Of a stretch of 64,000 nucleotides of DNA, positions 8,973-20,756 are shown in pieces. A model generated the notes under the pieces. The model was given only the letters and a program-made list of their open reading frames with translations. It did not search any database and was not told the DNA's origin. Each line of letters begins with the position of its first letter. Positions within the stretch are counted from its first letter, which is position 1. The translations under genes were made by a program, and so were the position numbers. Location: positions 5,416-69,415 of the forward strand of contig CAJOIH010000012.1 of NCBI GenBank assembly GCA_905234455.1, given 5' to 3'. The stretch comes from an uncultured Bacteroidales bacterium. GTDB lineage: Bacteria; Bacteroidota; Bacteroidia; Bacteroidales; F082.

Positions 8973-11900
8973 ATGAAAACAAAGCTTTTGGCATTCCTGC
9001 TGCTCCTTCCCTTCCTCTCGATCGGACAACAGTACCAACTGATTACCTCCAACGAGACCAACATCACCATCGACATCCAGGCCCCTGAGTTCCAGACACA
9101 GGCGGTGGTCACTCCCCAAGGCGAAGCCTTCGTGGTGACGGCCCCCAAGGCCATGAACCGCGCTGAAGCCGGCGAACCCGACCTTCCCCTGCTAGTCATC
9201 CCTACCGTCATCGGTGACGACGCCTTGATGCAGGTTGAGGTGATTGAATCGGAATATACTGATTATCAAAATATTAATATTGCTCCATCGAAAGGCGACT
9301 TCCCACGTAGCGTCAATCCAGAGGATGTGCCTTACACCTATGGCGAGGCCTACCAGCGCAATGCCTTCTTCCCAACCCAGCTGGTGCAGCTCGACGAGCC
9401 CTACATTCACCGCGATGTGAGAGGCCAAAACCTGGTGGTTTATCCCTATACCTACAACCCTGTCACCAAGGTACTCCGTGTATATACCCATTTGGTGGTA
9501 AGCATGGACCGCATTGGCCACGACGACCGCAACGTCATCGTCAACCGCACCAGGTCGTTCAAGCTCGATCCTGAGTTCAAGGCCTTATACGAGCATCGTT
9601 ACATCAACTACCAGGAATCGCTGACCAGATATACTCCCATCGAGGAAAACGGCGAGTTGCTCATCATCTGCCACGATGCCTTCATGACTGCGATGGAGCC
9701 TTTTGTTGCCTGGAAGAAGCAAATCGGCCGTCCCACCACCATGGTGGGCACCAGCGAGACTGGCAACACTTCCTCAGCCATCAAGACCTATATTGAGAAC
9801 TATTACGCCAATAACCCCAACCTCACCGACATTCTGCTGGTGGGCGACGTAGCCCAGATTCCCGGCATGTATATCAATGCCGGCACAGGATACTACGGCT
9901 ATTCAGGCTATGGCGATGCACAATACGGCCAGACTGCAGGCAACGACTATTACAACGAGTTGATTGTAGGACGTTTCTGCTGTGAGAACGAGGCCCAGGT
10001 GATCAACCATGTCAACAAGGTATTGAACTACGAGCGTGATCTCGATGAGACCGCCACTTGGCTTTCCATAGGCCAAGGTGTCAGCAAGAACGAAGGCGCA
10101 GGCAGTGGCCACTACGGTGAAGCGGATTATGAACATATTGACTATATCAGAGACGACCTGTTGGGCTACAACTATACCGAAGTCCACCGTGACTATCAAG
10201 GTGTGACGGGTGTGACTTCGAGTGCCGCCATCATCAGCCAGCATATCAACGAAGGCGTGAGCATCATCAACTACTGCAACCACGGTTCGGAGACCAGCTG
10301 GGGCGTGTTCAGCTACAGCAACTCGCATGTCAACGCTCTGACCAACGACTACAAACTGCCTTACGTGATTTCGGTAGCTTGCCTGAACGGAAAATACGAC
10401 CACGGTGGAAACGGCTGTTTCGCGGAGGCTTGGATGCGTGCCACCAACAACAGCAACGGCAACCCCACGGGAGCCATCGGTGGCATGTTCTCTTACATCT
10501 CGCAGCCTTGGACCCCGCCACAATACGGCCAGGACGAGATGGTCGACATCCTGGTCGAGTTGCAAGCCAACAACATCAAGCACACCATGGGCGGTGTCTC
10601 CATCAACGGCAACATGAAGGTGTTGGACCAAGGCGCCAGCCAAAATGCCGTCAAGGGCACCTATAACACCTGGATCCTCTTCGGCGACCCGACGTTGACC
10701 TTGCGCAACGCCACCCCCACTCCCATGACTGTGAGTCATGACGGCGTGTTGGATGCCAACGCCACCACCTATACGGTGAATGTCGTCAACGGCGAAGATG
10801 CCTTGGCCACCTTGACCTTCGAAGGCGAAATCCTTGGCTCGGCTGTCGTCACCAACGGCGTCGCCAACATCGGTTTCGAAGCCCCTGCCACCCCAGGTGA
10901 GGCAGTTCTCACTGTGTTCGGTTACAACAAGGTTTCCTACACTGCACCCGTCACCGTCGGCGGCAACACCCTCACTGTGAGCGCCACTGCCAATCCGAGA
11001 GTGATTGCGTTGGGAGGCAGCTCCACGCTATCGGCCAACGTCGTTGGAGGCTCGGGCGACATCACATACAACTGGAGTCCGGCGACGAGCTTGAACAACC
11101 CCAACATCATGTCGCCAGTGGCTACCCCGACCGAGACCACAGACTACTCCGTCACCGTCGCCCGTGATGGCATGACCCAGACCGCACAGGTCACCGTCCA
11201 AGTAGTGACCCCACCGACCAACCTCACTGCCACGGTGGCCAACGACAATGACATCGTGCTTAGCTGGAACGCACCCGAACTCGTCTCCTCCTACATCATC
11301 TACCAGGACGGCAACGAGGTGTACAACAGCATCGCCACCACTACCTTCACCATCCCTGACAACGAGGTTGGGACCTACAGCTTCGAGGTAGCCGCCCAAT
11401 ACCGGGATGTCATCTCACCCAGATCGAACGCCGTAACGGTCACCATCGAACAAACCACCTGCCCTGCACCCGAGAACTTCAAGGGCGAGTATTACTGGGA
11501 CGATGGTGAGTTCGGTGCCAGGTTGGCCTGGGACAGAGCTGAATACAACTACACCCTTGACCGGTTCGAGATCTACAGAAGCACCGACGGCGAGAACTTC
11601 GAGTTGGCCAACCGCATTGTCAACACCCCATCCATCACCCATTACGAATGCAGGGACCAGCTGGAGGAGGCGGGCCGTTACATCTACCGCATCATCGCCT
11701 TCTACCAGAACAACTGCGAGTCGGATCCAGTGGACACAGAGGTCGCAGTGACCTCTGTCGGTGAGAGTTCCGCCCACGTCGACCTCTATCCCAATCCCAC
11801 CACGGGCCTCGTCAACATCAAAGCTGAGGGCATGAAGCTGCTGACCGTGGCCAATGCCATGGGTCAAGTGGTGCTGCGCAGCGAGGTGAGTGGCGACGAA

Positions 11901-11999
11901 GCCCTCATCGACCTTAGCGCCTTGGGCAACGGCATGTACCTCTTGAACATCACCACCGGCCAAGGCACGATTGTGAAAAAATTAAACGTTTTGAAATGA
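8973..11999 (+). CDS. Gingipain-like C25 cysteine peptidase 3 with Ig-like/Fn3-like modules and T9SS sorting domain
   Basis: Signal peptide and a propeptide similar to peptidase 2. NYCNHGSETSWG and ISVACLNGKYD. Ig-like NTLTVSATANP...ITYNWSP and Fn3-like LTATVANDNDIVLSWNAP. C-terminus DLYPNPTTGLVNI...GMYLLNI...KKLNVLK. Confidence 0.88.
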   Translation: MKTKLLAFLLLLPFLSIGQQYQLITSNETNITIDIQAPEFQTQAVVTPQGEAFVVTAPKAMNRAEAGEPDLPLLVIPTVIGDDALMQVEVIESEYTDYQNINIAPSKGDFPRSVNPEDVPYTYGEAYQRNAFFPTQLVQLDEPYIHRDVRGQNLVVYPYTYNPVTKVLRVYTHLVVSMDRIGHDDRNVIVNRTRSFKLDPEFKALYEHRYINYQESLTRYTPIEENGELLIICHDAFMTAMEPFVAWKKQIGRPTTMVGTSETGNTSSAIKTYIENYYANNPNLTDILLVGDVAQIPGMYINAGTGYYGYSGYGDAQYGQTAGNDYYNELIVGRFCCENEAQVINHVNKVLNYERDLDETATWLSIGQGVSKNEGAGSGHYGEADYEHIDYIRDDLLGYNYTEVHRDYQGVTGVTSSAAIISQHINEGVSIINYCNHGSETSWGVFSYSNSHVNALTNDYKLPYVISVACLNGKYDHGGNGCFAEAWMRATNNSNGNPTGAIGGMFSYISQPWTPPQYGQDEMVDILVELQANNIKHTMGGVSINGNMKVLDQGASQNAVKGTYNTWILFGDPTLTLRNATPTPMTVSHDGVLDANATTYTVNVVNGEDALATLTFEGEILGSAVVTNGVANIGFEAPATPGEAVLTVFGYNKVSYTAPVTVGGNTLTVSATANPRVIALGGSSTLSANVVGGSGDITYNWSPATSLNNPNIMSPVATPTETTDYSVTVARDGMTQTAQVTVQVVTPPTNLTATVANDNDIVLSWNAPELVSSYIIYQDGNEVYNSIATTTFTIPDNEVGTYSFEVAAQYRDVISPRSNAVTVTIEQTTCPAPENFKGEYYWDDGEFGARLAWDRAEYNYTLDRFEIYRSTDGENFELANRIVNTPSITHYECRDQLEEAGRYIYRIIAFYQNNCESDPVDTEVAVTSVGESSAHVDLYPNPTTGLVNIKAEGMKLLTVANAMGQVVLRSEVSGDEALIDLSALGNGMYLLNITTGQGTIVKKLNVLK

Positions 12000-13408
12000 A
12001 GATCAAGTTTATCGGCGCTGCTCAGGAAGTCACCGGCAGCAAGCACCTCATCACCACCGACCACGGGAAGAACATCCTGCTCGATTGCGGCATGTTCCAG
12101 GGCAAGGGGTTGGAGACCGATGCGGCCAACCGCAACACCATGATTGAGCCCAAGGATGTGGATTACATCATCCTCACCCACGCCCATATCGACCATTGCG
12201 GCTTGATTCCCTATTTCTACAAGAAAGGCTTCAGGGGTCAGGTGGTCTGCACCGATGCCACTCGCGACCTGTGCAACATCATGCTGCCCGACTGCGGTTT
12301 CATCCAGGAGAACGACATGGAGTGGTTCAACAAGAAGCGCCGCAGGCAAGGCCTTCCCGCCTTGGAACCCATCTATACTGAAAAGGATGCCCGTGAGTGC
12401 ATGGGGCTCTTCCTCAGCACCGGCTACAACCGCTACGTATATCTCGACAGCAACATCAAGGTGAAGTTCAACAACACCGGCCATTTGCTGGGCAGTGGCT
12501 GTGCCACCCTCGAAATCGACGAAGGTGGCAAGATGATCCGCATCGCCTATACGGGCGACGTCGGGCGCGAATACAATTACCTGCTTCGTTCGCCAGAACC
12601 CTTCCCCCACTGCGACTATCTCATCACCGAAGCCACCTACGGCAACCGCCTGCACAGCGACCGCACCAACGCCGAACAAGAACTTCTAAATACAATCTAC
12701 AACACTTGTGTAGAAAAACGCGGTAAATTAATCATTCCTTCGTTTGCGGTAAGCCGTACGCAGGAAATCGTTTACCTGCTCAACAACTTCTACAACGAGG
12801 GCAAGCTCCCCGAGAAGATTCCGGTATTTGTGGACAGTCCCTTGGCGGTGAACGCCACTGAGATTTTCCGCATGCACGTCGACTTATTCAACGACGATGT
12901 GCAGAACGTCATCGAATACGATCCCGACCCCTTTGGATTCAACAGTCTTACCTTCATCCGCGACGTGAACGCCTCGAAGGCCCTGAACGCCCGCAAGGAG
13001 CCATGCATCATCATCTCTGCTTCGGGCATGATGGAGGCTGGCCGGGTGAAGCACCATTTGGCCAACAGCATCACCAATCCCCGGAACACCGTGCTGGCTA
13101 TCGGCTACTGTTCGCCTGAGACTTTGGGCGCCAAGCTGCTCGCCGATCCCAAGCCCGAGGTCGTGTCGATCTTCGGCAACGAATACACCGTGGCCGCCGA
13201 CATCTGTTCCATCGATGCTTTCAGCGGCCACGGCGACTACCTGGAGTTGGCCGATTACTTGAAATGCCAGGATCCCACCAAGATCAAGAAGACCTTCCTC
13301 GTCCACGGCGACCCTGACGCCTTACAGAACTACAAGCGCGTGTTGCGCAAGCAAGACTGGGAGAACATCGTCATCCCCGAACCTGGCGAGACTTTTGAAC
13401 TGAAATAA
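11996..13408 (+). CDS. MBL-fold beta-CASP hydrolase (RNA-metabolising metallo-beta-lactamase family)
   Basis: HAHIDHCG (HxHxDH). Later FSGHGD and LVHGD motifs typical of beta-CASP enzymes. ATGA start/stop overlap with the upstream gene. Confidence 0.8.
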   Translation: MKIKFIGAAQEVTGSKHLITTDHGKNILLDCGMFQGKGLETDAANRNTMIEPKDVDYIILTHAHIDHCGLIPYFYKKGFRGQVVCTDATRDLCNIMLPDCGFIQENDMEWFNKKRRRQGLPALEPIYTEKDARECMGLFLSTGYNRYVYLDSNIKVKFNNTGHLLGSGCATLEIDEGGKMIRIAYTGDVGREYNYLLRSPEPFPHCDYLITEATYGNRLHSDRTNAEQELLNTIYNTCVEKRGKLIIPSFAVSRTQEIVYLLNNFYNEGKLPEKIPVFVDSPLAVNATEIFRMHVDLFNDDVQNVIEYDPDPFGFNSLTFIRDVNASKALNARKEPCIIISASGMMEAGRVKHHLANSITNPRNTVLAIGYCSPETLGAKLLADPKPEVVSIFGNEYTVAADICSIDAFSGHGDYLELADYLKCQDPTKIKKTFLVHGDPDALQNYKRVLRKQDWENIVIPEPGETFELK

Positions 13409-13415
13409 TCATTCT

Positions 13416-14774
13416 ATGGCACAAAAACCTTCGATCCCAAAAGGCACACGCGACTTCCTTCCAGAGGTCATGGTGCGCCGCAACTATATCTTCGACACCA
13501 TCAAGAACGTCTTCAAGCGTTACGGGTTCCTGCCCATCGAGACCCCTTCGATGGAGAACCTCAGTACCCTGCTCGGCAAGTACGGCGAGGAGGGCGACAA
13601 GTTGCTGTTCCGCATCCTCAACTCAGGCGATTTCATGTCGGGCGTGGAACAGGGCGGCGAGCCCCTGGAATCGCTGAAGCTGGCCAGCAAAATCACTGAA
13701 AAAGGCCTCCGTTACGATTTGACCGTGCCTTTTGCACGTTTTGTGACGATGTACCGTGACCAGATCGCCTTCCCCTTCAAGCGTTACCAGATCCAACCCG
13801 TATGGCGCGCCGACCGTCCCCAGAAAGGCCGTTACCGCGAGTTTTACCAGTGCGACGTCGACATCATCGGGAGCAACTCGATCTTGAATGAGGCGGAGCT
13901 GGTCAACATCGTCAATGATGTGTTTAACGACTTGAAAATCAGCGTGGTGTTGAAAATCAACAACCGCAAGGTGTTGGCTGGCATCGCCGAATACATCGGC
14001 AAGTCGGACGCTTTGGTCGACATCACCGTGGCCATCGACAAGTTGGACAAGATCGGCATCGATGCCGTGAACGCCGAGCTCGCCGAGAAGGGTTTGGAGC
14101 CCGAGGCCATCGCCAAGTTGCAGCCCATCCTCTTCATGAAGGGCAGCACCCGCGAGAAGCTGGCCCAGCTGAAGCCTTTGCTCGACAACGAAGTCGGGCA
14201 AAAAGGCATCGAGGAGTTGGAGACCCTGTTCGACTACATCGAGCAGATGGAGTTGGACATCGACACCGAGCTCGACCTCACCTTGGCCCGCGGCCTGAAC
14301 TACTACACTGGCGCTATCTTCGAGGTCAAAGCCAAGGACTTCCCCATGGGCAGCATCTCAGGTGGCGGACGTTACGACAACCTCACCGGCATCTTCGGTT
14401 TGCCCAACGTATCAGGCGTAGGCATCAGCTTCGGTGCCGACCGTATCTATGATGTGCTGGAAGGCCTGAAGCTCTTCCCCGAGACCATGTCGGAGAGCAC
14501 CCAAGTGATCTTCCTCAACTTCGGCAAGAAAGAGGAGGCCTATAGCCTGAAGTACCTCAACCAAGTGCGCAAACACGGCATCAACGCCGAGATCTACCCC
14601 GACGCCGCCAAGATCCAGAAACAGATGAAATACGCCGACCAGCGCGGCATCCCGGTGGTGGTCATCGCCGGCGAATCGGAAGTGGCCGAGCAGAAGTTCA
14701 CAGTGAAATGGATGAAAGAAGGCCGGCAAGAAACCGTTGAAGCCAACAAACTCGTTGAAACAATATTAAAATAA
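13416..14774 (+). CDS. hisS: Histidine--tRNA ligase
   Basis: [23 protein letters not shown] and GGGRYDNL class-II HisRS signatures. Length is 452 aa. Confidence 0.93.
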   Translation: MAQKPSIPKGTRDFLPEVMVRRNYIFDTIKNVFKRYGFLPIETPSMENLSTLLGKYGEEGDKLLFRILNSGDFMSGVEQGGEPLESLKLASKITEKGLRYDLTVPFARFVTMYRDQIAFPFKRYQIQPVWRADRPQKGRYREFYQCDVDIIGSNSILNEAELVNIVNDVFNDLKISVVLKINNRKVLAGIAEYIGKSDALVDITVAIDKLDKIGIDAVNAELAEKGLEPEAIAKLQPILFMKGSTREKLAQLKPLLDNEVGQKGIEELETLFDYIEQMELDIDTELDLTLARGLNYYTGAIFEVKAKDFPMGSISGGGRYDNLTGIFGLPNVSGVGISFGADRIYDVLEGLKLFPETMSESTQVIFLNFGKKEEAYSLKYLNQVRKHGINAEIYPDAAKIQKQMKYADQRGIPVVVIAGESEVAEQKFTVKWMKEGRQETVEANKLVETILK

Positions 14775-14780
14775 CATAGA

Positions 14781-16291
<1,511 letters not shown>

Positions 16292-16292
<1 letters not shown>

Positions 16293-16816
16293 TGTACGAG
16301 ACTCCAGTGAAGCGGCCTGTGGGCATGACCATCCTGTTAGTGCTGTCGCTCGTCAACGCCATCCTCCAGATTTTCAGCTCGTTGGGCATGTGGATCACCA
16401 CTCCTGTCATGAGCCAGATGATGGTCGATGGCGAGTTGGAGGAGGCCATGGCGCCTTTCCTTTCGATGATGAATATGGCCGAGGGGGAAATGGATGCCTT
16501 CTGGCAGCTGCTTGAGGCCAGGCTGTCCATCAATCCCCTCTATTACCTGTTCACAGCCCTGCTCTATATCGGCTCACTGATTGGGGTTATCAAGCTATTC
16601 AAGCTACAACGCACTGGTTTTCATATCTATAGCATCTCGCAGATGCTCATCTTGATTGTAGCGGTCATTTACATCTATTCGACGCAGGGAAGCGCTGGCT
16701 TCTTCAACGATTTCCTGATGACCGTGATGTTCATTTTGTTGTATCACCTATACCTCAAGCGCATAGAAAATGACCCGACGGCAAAAAGAGAGCAAGATTT
16801 TCGACCTGAAGCCTAA
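16292..16816 (+). CDS. Hypothetical integral membrane protein
   Basis: Several hydrophobic helices and no recognisable family. TAATG overlap with the hutH stop codon. Confidence 0.55.
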
Positions 16817-16829
16817 GCTGACGCTGGCG

Positions 16830-17327
16830 ATGAAGATGGCGGCCACGTTTGCCATCACCTATTACGGGTTGTTTTTCCTGTACGAGGTGTTCATGATGGT
16901 GATGTACCATTATTCCATCGACTCGTATTATCTCGGAAACGGCGAAGTCCTTGAAAACCGTTCCAAGGACTTCGTCTTTCTGACCATTGAGTTTTTGCTC
17001 TCGGGCCTATTGGTATTCAGCTTGATCCAGATTTTCCGGAAGAAGGTCAAAGGCAAGGCGTTCTTCGTGGGTTTTTCGATCCTGCTCATCGCCTTCCAGC
17101 TTTACACTTCGGGAATACACCCATGGGTAAAATACGCTTTAGAGGCGCTCTTGGTGCTCATCATCGCCCCGGTACGGATGAAAAGCAAGAAGAAGGGGAA
17201 GGTCAAGCCGGAGGATTCATCCTCAGGGAATCCATCGCCAGAGAATCCAGCACTGGAGGTTCCTGATACGGTTCAGGGACCTCAGGACTCCGCATTGCCT
17301 GCATCCAATAGCGAGCCACTCGGGTAA
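16830..17327 (+). CDS. Hypothetical integral membrane protein with low-complexity C-terminal tail
   Basis: First ATG (MKMAATFAITYYGLFF) after the upstream stop. TM-rich, with a Lys-rich then Pro/Ser-rich tail. The 3' end overlaps the convergent M23 gene. Confidence 0.45.
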   Translation: MKMAATFAITYYGLFFLYEVFMMVMYHYSIDSYYLGNGEVLENRSKDFVFLTIEFLLSGLLVFSLIQIFRKKVKGKAFFVGFSILLIAFQLYTSGIHPWVKYALEALLVLIIAPVRMKSKKKGKVKPEDSSSGNPSPENPALEVPDTVQGPQDSALPASNSEPLG

Positions 17328-18549
17328 ACTGTTCCATATCCTCTTTTTTGATCGGGTCTGCCGGTGGGCTTTCCATTTTGAGCGGGTCGATAGGCGTACC
17401 GTCCTTGAAAACGCGGAAGTCGAGATGCGGTCCGGTGGAGGCGCCCGTGCTACCCACATAGCCGATTACCTGTCCCTGTTTCACGCGCACTCCTTCGGCG
17501 ATGCCTTTGGCATAGCTTTGCAGGTGCATGTAACTTGTGGTGTAGGTGGCGTTATGCTTGATTTTCAAGTAATAGCCGGCGCCGTTGGCTTGGTATGCTT
17601 TTTTGATGACCACGCCGTCGCCGATGCTGCTCACGGGGGTGCCGGCCGGTGCGGCATAATCGACGCCATGGTGAGGCCGATAGATCTTCAGCACGGGATG
17701 GAAGCGGCTGTTGGAGAAGGTGGAGCTGATGCGGCGGTAGTTGAGGGGTGCTTTGAGGAAGGCTTTGCGCAGGTTCTCCCCTTTTTCGTTGTAGAATCCC
17801 AGGATGCCGTCCTGTTCGTAGGCAATGGCACGGAGTGTGTCGCCGCAGTGGACGAAGTCGCAGTAGATGACTTCGCCCATCCCCACGGGTTCGCCGTCGA
17901 TAAACTGACGGTCGTAGACCACGTCGAAGCAGTCGCCTTCCTGGATGCCGAAGAAGTCGATGGACCAGGCGTACACGTCGGAGAGGTGTACGGCCAGGTT
18001 GGCGTCGCCACCGTTGCCGATGACGGCGTTCCACAGCGAGGAGGTGATGATGCCCGAGGTGCGTGCCAACCGCACTTCCATATCCTTTTGGAAGCGCCAG
18101 GCGGTGAGTGAGTCGGTAAGGCTGAAGAGCGCGTAGTTGCGGCGGTCGATTTCATAGATCCAGAACAGCGGCGTCTCGAGGGTGTCGTTGGTCATGAGGA
18201 AGTAGTAGCGGTTGCCGGCGCGGATCTTACCCACGTCGAACACGTCCTTATGGTTGCGTGCGATATGGTCGGTGACTCGGGGGCTGATGCCTTTGGAGGA
18301 GAACAGGGTGGAGAGGAACTGGCCTTTCTCGATCTGGCCTTCCTCTACGTACATGGAGTCGATGCAGATGCCGTAGAGATAGGTCGGTTCGGGAAGGGGT
18401 GACACCGTGTCGATCATCTCGGGGGTGAAGCCCGGTTCGCCACGGTGGGAGCAGGAGCGTTGGCAGTAGACGATGATGAATGCCAACAGCAGAAGGGGTG
18501 CTGCCACTAAGAGCAGCACCCTGATGCGTCTCTTGGTTCTGAACCTCAT
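17203..18549 (-). CDS. M23 family metallopeptidase (peptidoglycan DD-endopeptidase type)
   Basis: N-terminal membrane anchor. HHGVDYAAPAGTPV (HxxxD) and GSTGASTGPHLDFRV motifs. Confidence 0.85.
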   Translation of the reverse strand: MRFRTKRRIRVLLLVAAPLLLLAFIIVYCQRSCSHRGEPGFTPEMIDTVSPLPEPTYLYGICIDSMYVEEGQIEKGQFLSTLFSSKGISPRVTDHIARNHKDVFDVGKIRAGNRYYFLMTNDTLETPLFWIYEIDRRNYALFSLTDSLTAWRFQKDMEVRLARTSGIITSSLWNAVIGNGGDANLAVHLSDVYAWSIDFFGIQEGDCFDVVYDRQFIDGEPVGMGEVIYCDFVHCGDTLRAIAYEQDGILGFYNEKGENLRKAFLKAPLNYRRISSTFSNSRFHPVLKIYRPHHGVDYAAPAGTPVSSIGDGVVIKKAYQANGAGYYLKIKHNATYTTSYMHLQSYAKGIAEGVRVKQGQVIGYVGSTGASTGPHLDFRVFKDGTPIDPLKMESPPADPIKKEDMEQFTRVARYWMQAMRSPEVPEPYQEPPVLDSLAMDSLRMNPPA

Positions 18550-19115
18550 TTGGTTGCCTGTTCGTAGCCGGCGTGGAGTGCCTGCATATTTTGTTCGACC
18601 ACTTCGGCACCTTTGTTGCCGAAGATATGGTTGATGGCTTCTTCAACTTTGGCCAGTTCGATGCCGAGGTAGGGCACTGTGGCGCCCAGCAGCACCATGT
18701 TGGAGCGGGCTTTGAGTGCCTTGGCGATCTCGTTGGCGTTGAAGCTCACCACGTTTTTCACTTTGGCGAGTTCAGCGTTCACCTTCTCCATGTCGGGGTA
18801 GTTGGTGATGTTGACGAAGGGTTCGTTGTTGGTGATGATCCAGCCGTCCTTGGCAAGCCAGGGGAGGTAGCGCAGGGCTTCCATTGGCTCGCTGGAGAGG
18901 ATGATGTCGGCTTGGCCTTCAGGGATGACGTCGGCGAAGATGGGGTCGCTGGAGAGTCGGAGGTGTGAGAACACCGAGCCGCCGCGTTGCGACATACCGT
19001 GGATTTCAGACTGTTTCAGGTTAAGGCCCATATTGAGTGCAGCGTCAGAGATGATTTTGGCTACCGACACGATGCCGTCGCCGCCCACGCCGCAAAGAAC
19101 GATATCTTTTTTCAT
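18546..19115 (-). CDS. iorB: Indolepyruvate:ferredoxin oxidoreductase subunit beta
   Basis: 2-oxoacid:ferredoxin oxidoreductase gamma-type N-terminus LCGVGGDGIV. Length is 189 aa. 4-nt overlaps with both iorA and the M23 gene. Confidence 0.8.
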   Translation of the reverse strand: MKKDIVLCGVGGDGIVSVAKIISDAALNMGLNLKQSEIHGMSQRGGSVFSHLRLSSDPIFADVIPEGQADIILSSEPMEALRYLPWLAKDGWIITNNEPFVNITNYPDMEKVNAELAKVKNVVSFNANEIAKALKARSNMVLLGATVPYLGIELAKVEEAINHIFGNKGAEVVEQNMQALHAGYEQATK

Positions 19116-20692
19116 TTTTTCATGTGTTTTTTAAGTTCAACAATGCAGGTGCGATGAGGGATGATCACGGAGACGCCGTTGTAGTTGACTTCTTCTTCGA
19201 TGATACGGACGTTTTCTTCGTGGTTCTTGGGCAGCGGAATGATGTCGCGGATGTGTTCCGGTTCGACGCCGAGGCCTTCGCAGATGCGGCGGATCTTGTT
19301 GTGGGCCGACGAGGGCTGGCCGCCGGTCATGGCGGTGATGTCGTTGTCGAGGATCATGACCACGACGTTGGCTTTCTCGTTGACGCAGTCCATGAGGCCG
19401 GTGAGACCGCTATGGCCGAAGGTGCCGTCGCCGATGACTGCCACGCTGGGGAAGATACCCACTTCGCTGGCGCCTTTGGCCATGGTGATGGAGGCACCCA
19501 TGCACACGGTGGTGTTGATGGCGCCCATGTTGAATCCCAGGGTGTAGCAGCCGATGTCGCCGAACACCTTGCCGCCTTTATGGTTGGCCATCACGGCGTT
19601 GAGGGCGTTGTAGCTGTCGACGTGGGGGCAACCTTGGCAGAGCGCGGGCGGGCGGTTGGTGACCACGGCGGGCACTGCGAGGCCGCTGTCGGCTTTCATA
19701 CCCAGGGCTTTGGCCACCTTCTCGGCGTTCAACTCGCCATCGCGGCGGATGGTCTCGTCGAGACGGCCCATGACTTTCTTGCCTTTGCCTAGGAAGCCTT
19801 TGACAAGTTCTTCGACGAAGGGCTGGCCATCTTCAAGCACCAGGAGTTCCTCCACCTCGTCGTACAGCTTGTTGAGCATGTTGAAAGGCAGGGGGTATTG
19901 TGTGATCTTGACCACGGGATAGGGGCAACGGCCCTCCTTGAAGTTCTCCATGAGGTAGTTGTATGCGATACCTGTGGTGATGATGCCCAGTTTCTTGTTC
20001 TCGCCCGGGATGTATTGGTTGTAGCCCGATTCTTCAGATGACTTGGTGAAGGCCGGTTGTTTGTCGATGAGGTCGCGATAGAGGCGTTTGGCGTTGGCTG
20101 GCAGCAGCACGAACGACTTGGCGTCGGCGGGTTCGGTGAGTTCGTTCTGTTTGCGGACCGGTTTGCGGACCACGCCGGCGCGGCTGTGGGCCAGGCGGGT
20201 GGGGATGCGGTAGAGCACCGGAGTGCCGAGGGTCTCGCTCAGCTCGAAGCCGAAGTGCACCATGTCGTAAGCTTCCTGTTGGTTGGAGGGTTCCAGCATC
20301 GGGATCATGGCCCAATGGCCGTAGAAGCGGCTGTCCTGCTCATCTTGTGAGGAGAACATGCTGGGGTCGTCGGCGACCACCACGAGGACGCCCTTGGTGC
20401 CGATGATGGCGGCATTCATGAAGGGGTCGCCGCAGACGTTGAGGCCGACGTGTTTCATGCAGGTCATGGCACGCTTGCCGGCGTAGGCCACGCCGATGGA
20501 AGCCTCAAGGGCAGTCTTTTCGTTGGCGCACCAGTTGGCGATGACGCCCTGCTCCTTGGCCTGCTTGGATTTCATGACATATTCTGTAATCTGGGTGGAT
20601 GGCGTGCCGGGATAACTGTTGATGGCACTGCCTCCGGCATCGATAAAGCCTTGCGCTATGGCTTCATCGCCGAGTAACAATAATTTCTCCAT
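19112..20692 (-). CDS. iorA: Indolepyruvate:ferredoxin oxidoreductase subunit alpha
   Basis: TPP-binding IGDGTFGHSG and CQGCPH motifs, with pyruvate-ferredoxin-oxidoreductase-like N-terminal domains. Length is 526 aa. Confidence 0.82.
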   Translation of the reverse strand: MEKLLLLGDEAIAQGFIDAGGSAINSYPGTPSTQITEYVMKSKQAKEQGVIANWCANEKTALEASIGVAYAGKRAMTCMKHVGLNVCGDPFMNAAIIGTKGVLVVVADDPSMFSSQDEQDSRFYGHWAMIPMLEPSNQQEAYDMVHFGFELSETLGTPVLYRIPTRLAHSRAGVVRKPVRKQNELTEPADAKSFVLLPANAKRLYRDLIDKQPAFTKSSEESGYNQYIPGENKKLGIITTGIAYNYLMENFKEGRCPYPVVKITQYPLPFNMLNKLYDEVEELLVLEDGQPFVEELVKGFLGKGKKVMGRLDETIRRDGELNAEKVAKALGMKADSGLAVPAVVTNRPPALCQGCPHVDSYNALNAVMANHKGGKVFGDIGCYTLGFNMGAINTTVCMGASITMAKGASEVGIFPSVAVIGDGTFGHSGLTGLMDCVNEKANVVVMILDNDITAMTGGQPSSAHNKIRRICEGLGVEPEHIRDIIPLPKNHEENVRIIEEEVNYNGVSVIIPHRTCIVELKKHMKK

Positions 20693-20723
20693 GCTGTTAT
20701 TCTTTTATTAAAATGTCAAAACG

Positions 20724-20731
20724 CAAAGTTA
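20724..20731 (-). promoter_or_regulatory. Bacteroidota -7 promoter box (TAacTTTG on minus strand) for iorA
   Basis: The reverse complement of caaagtta is TAacTTTG, 32 nt upstream of the iorA ATG. Confidence 0.45.
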
Positions 20732-20756
20732 AGCATTTTATCGTTTGGATTCACGT

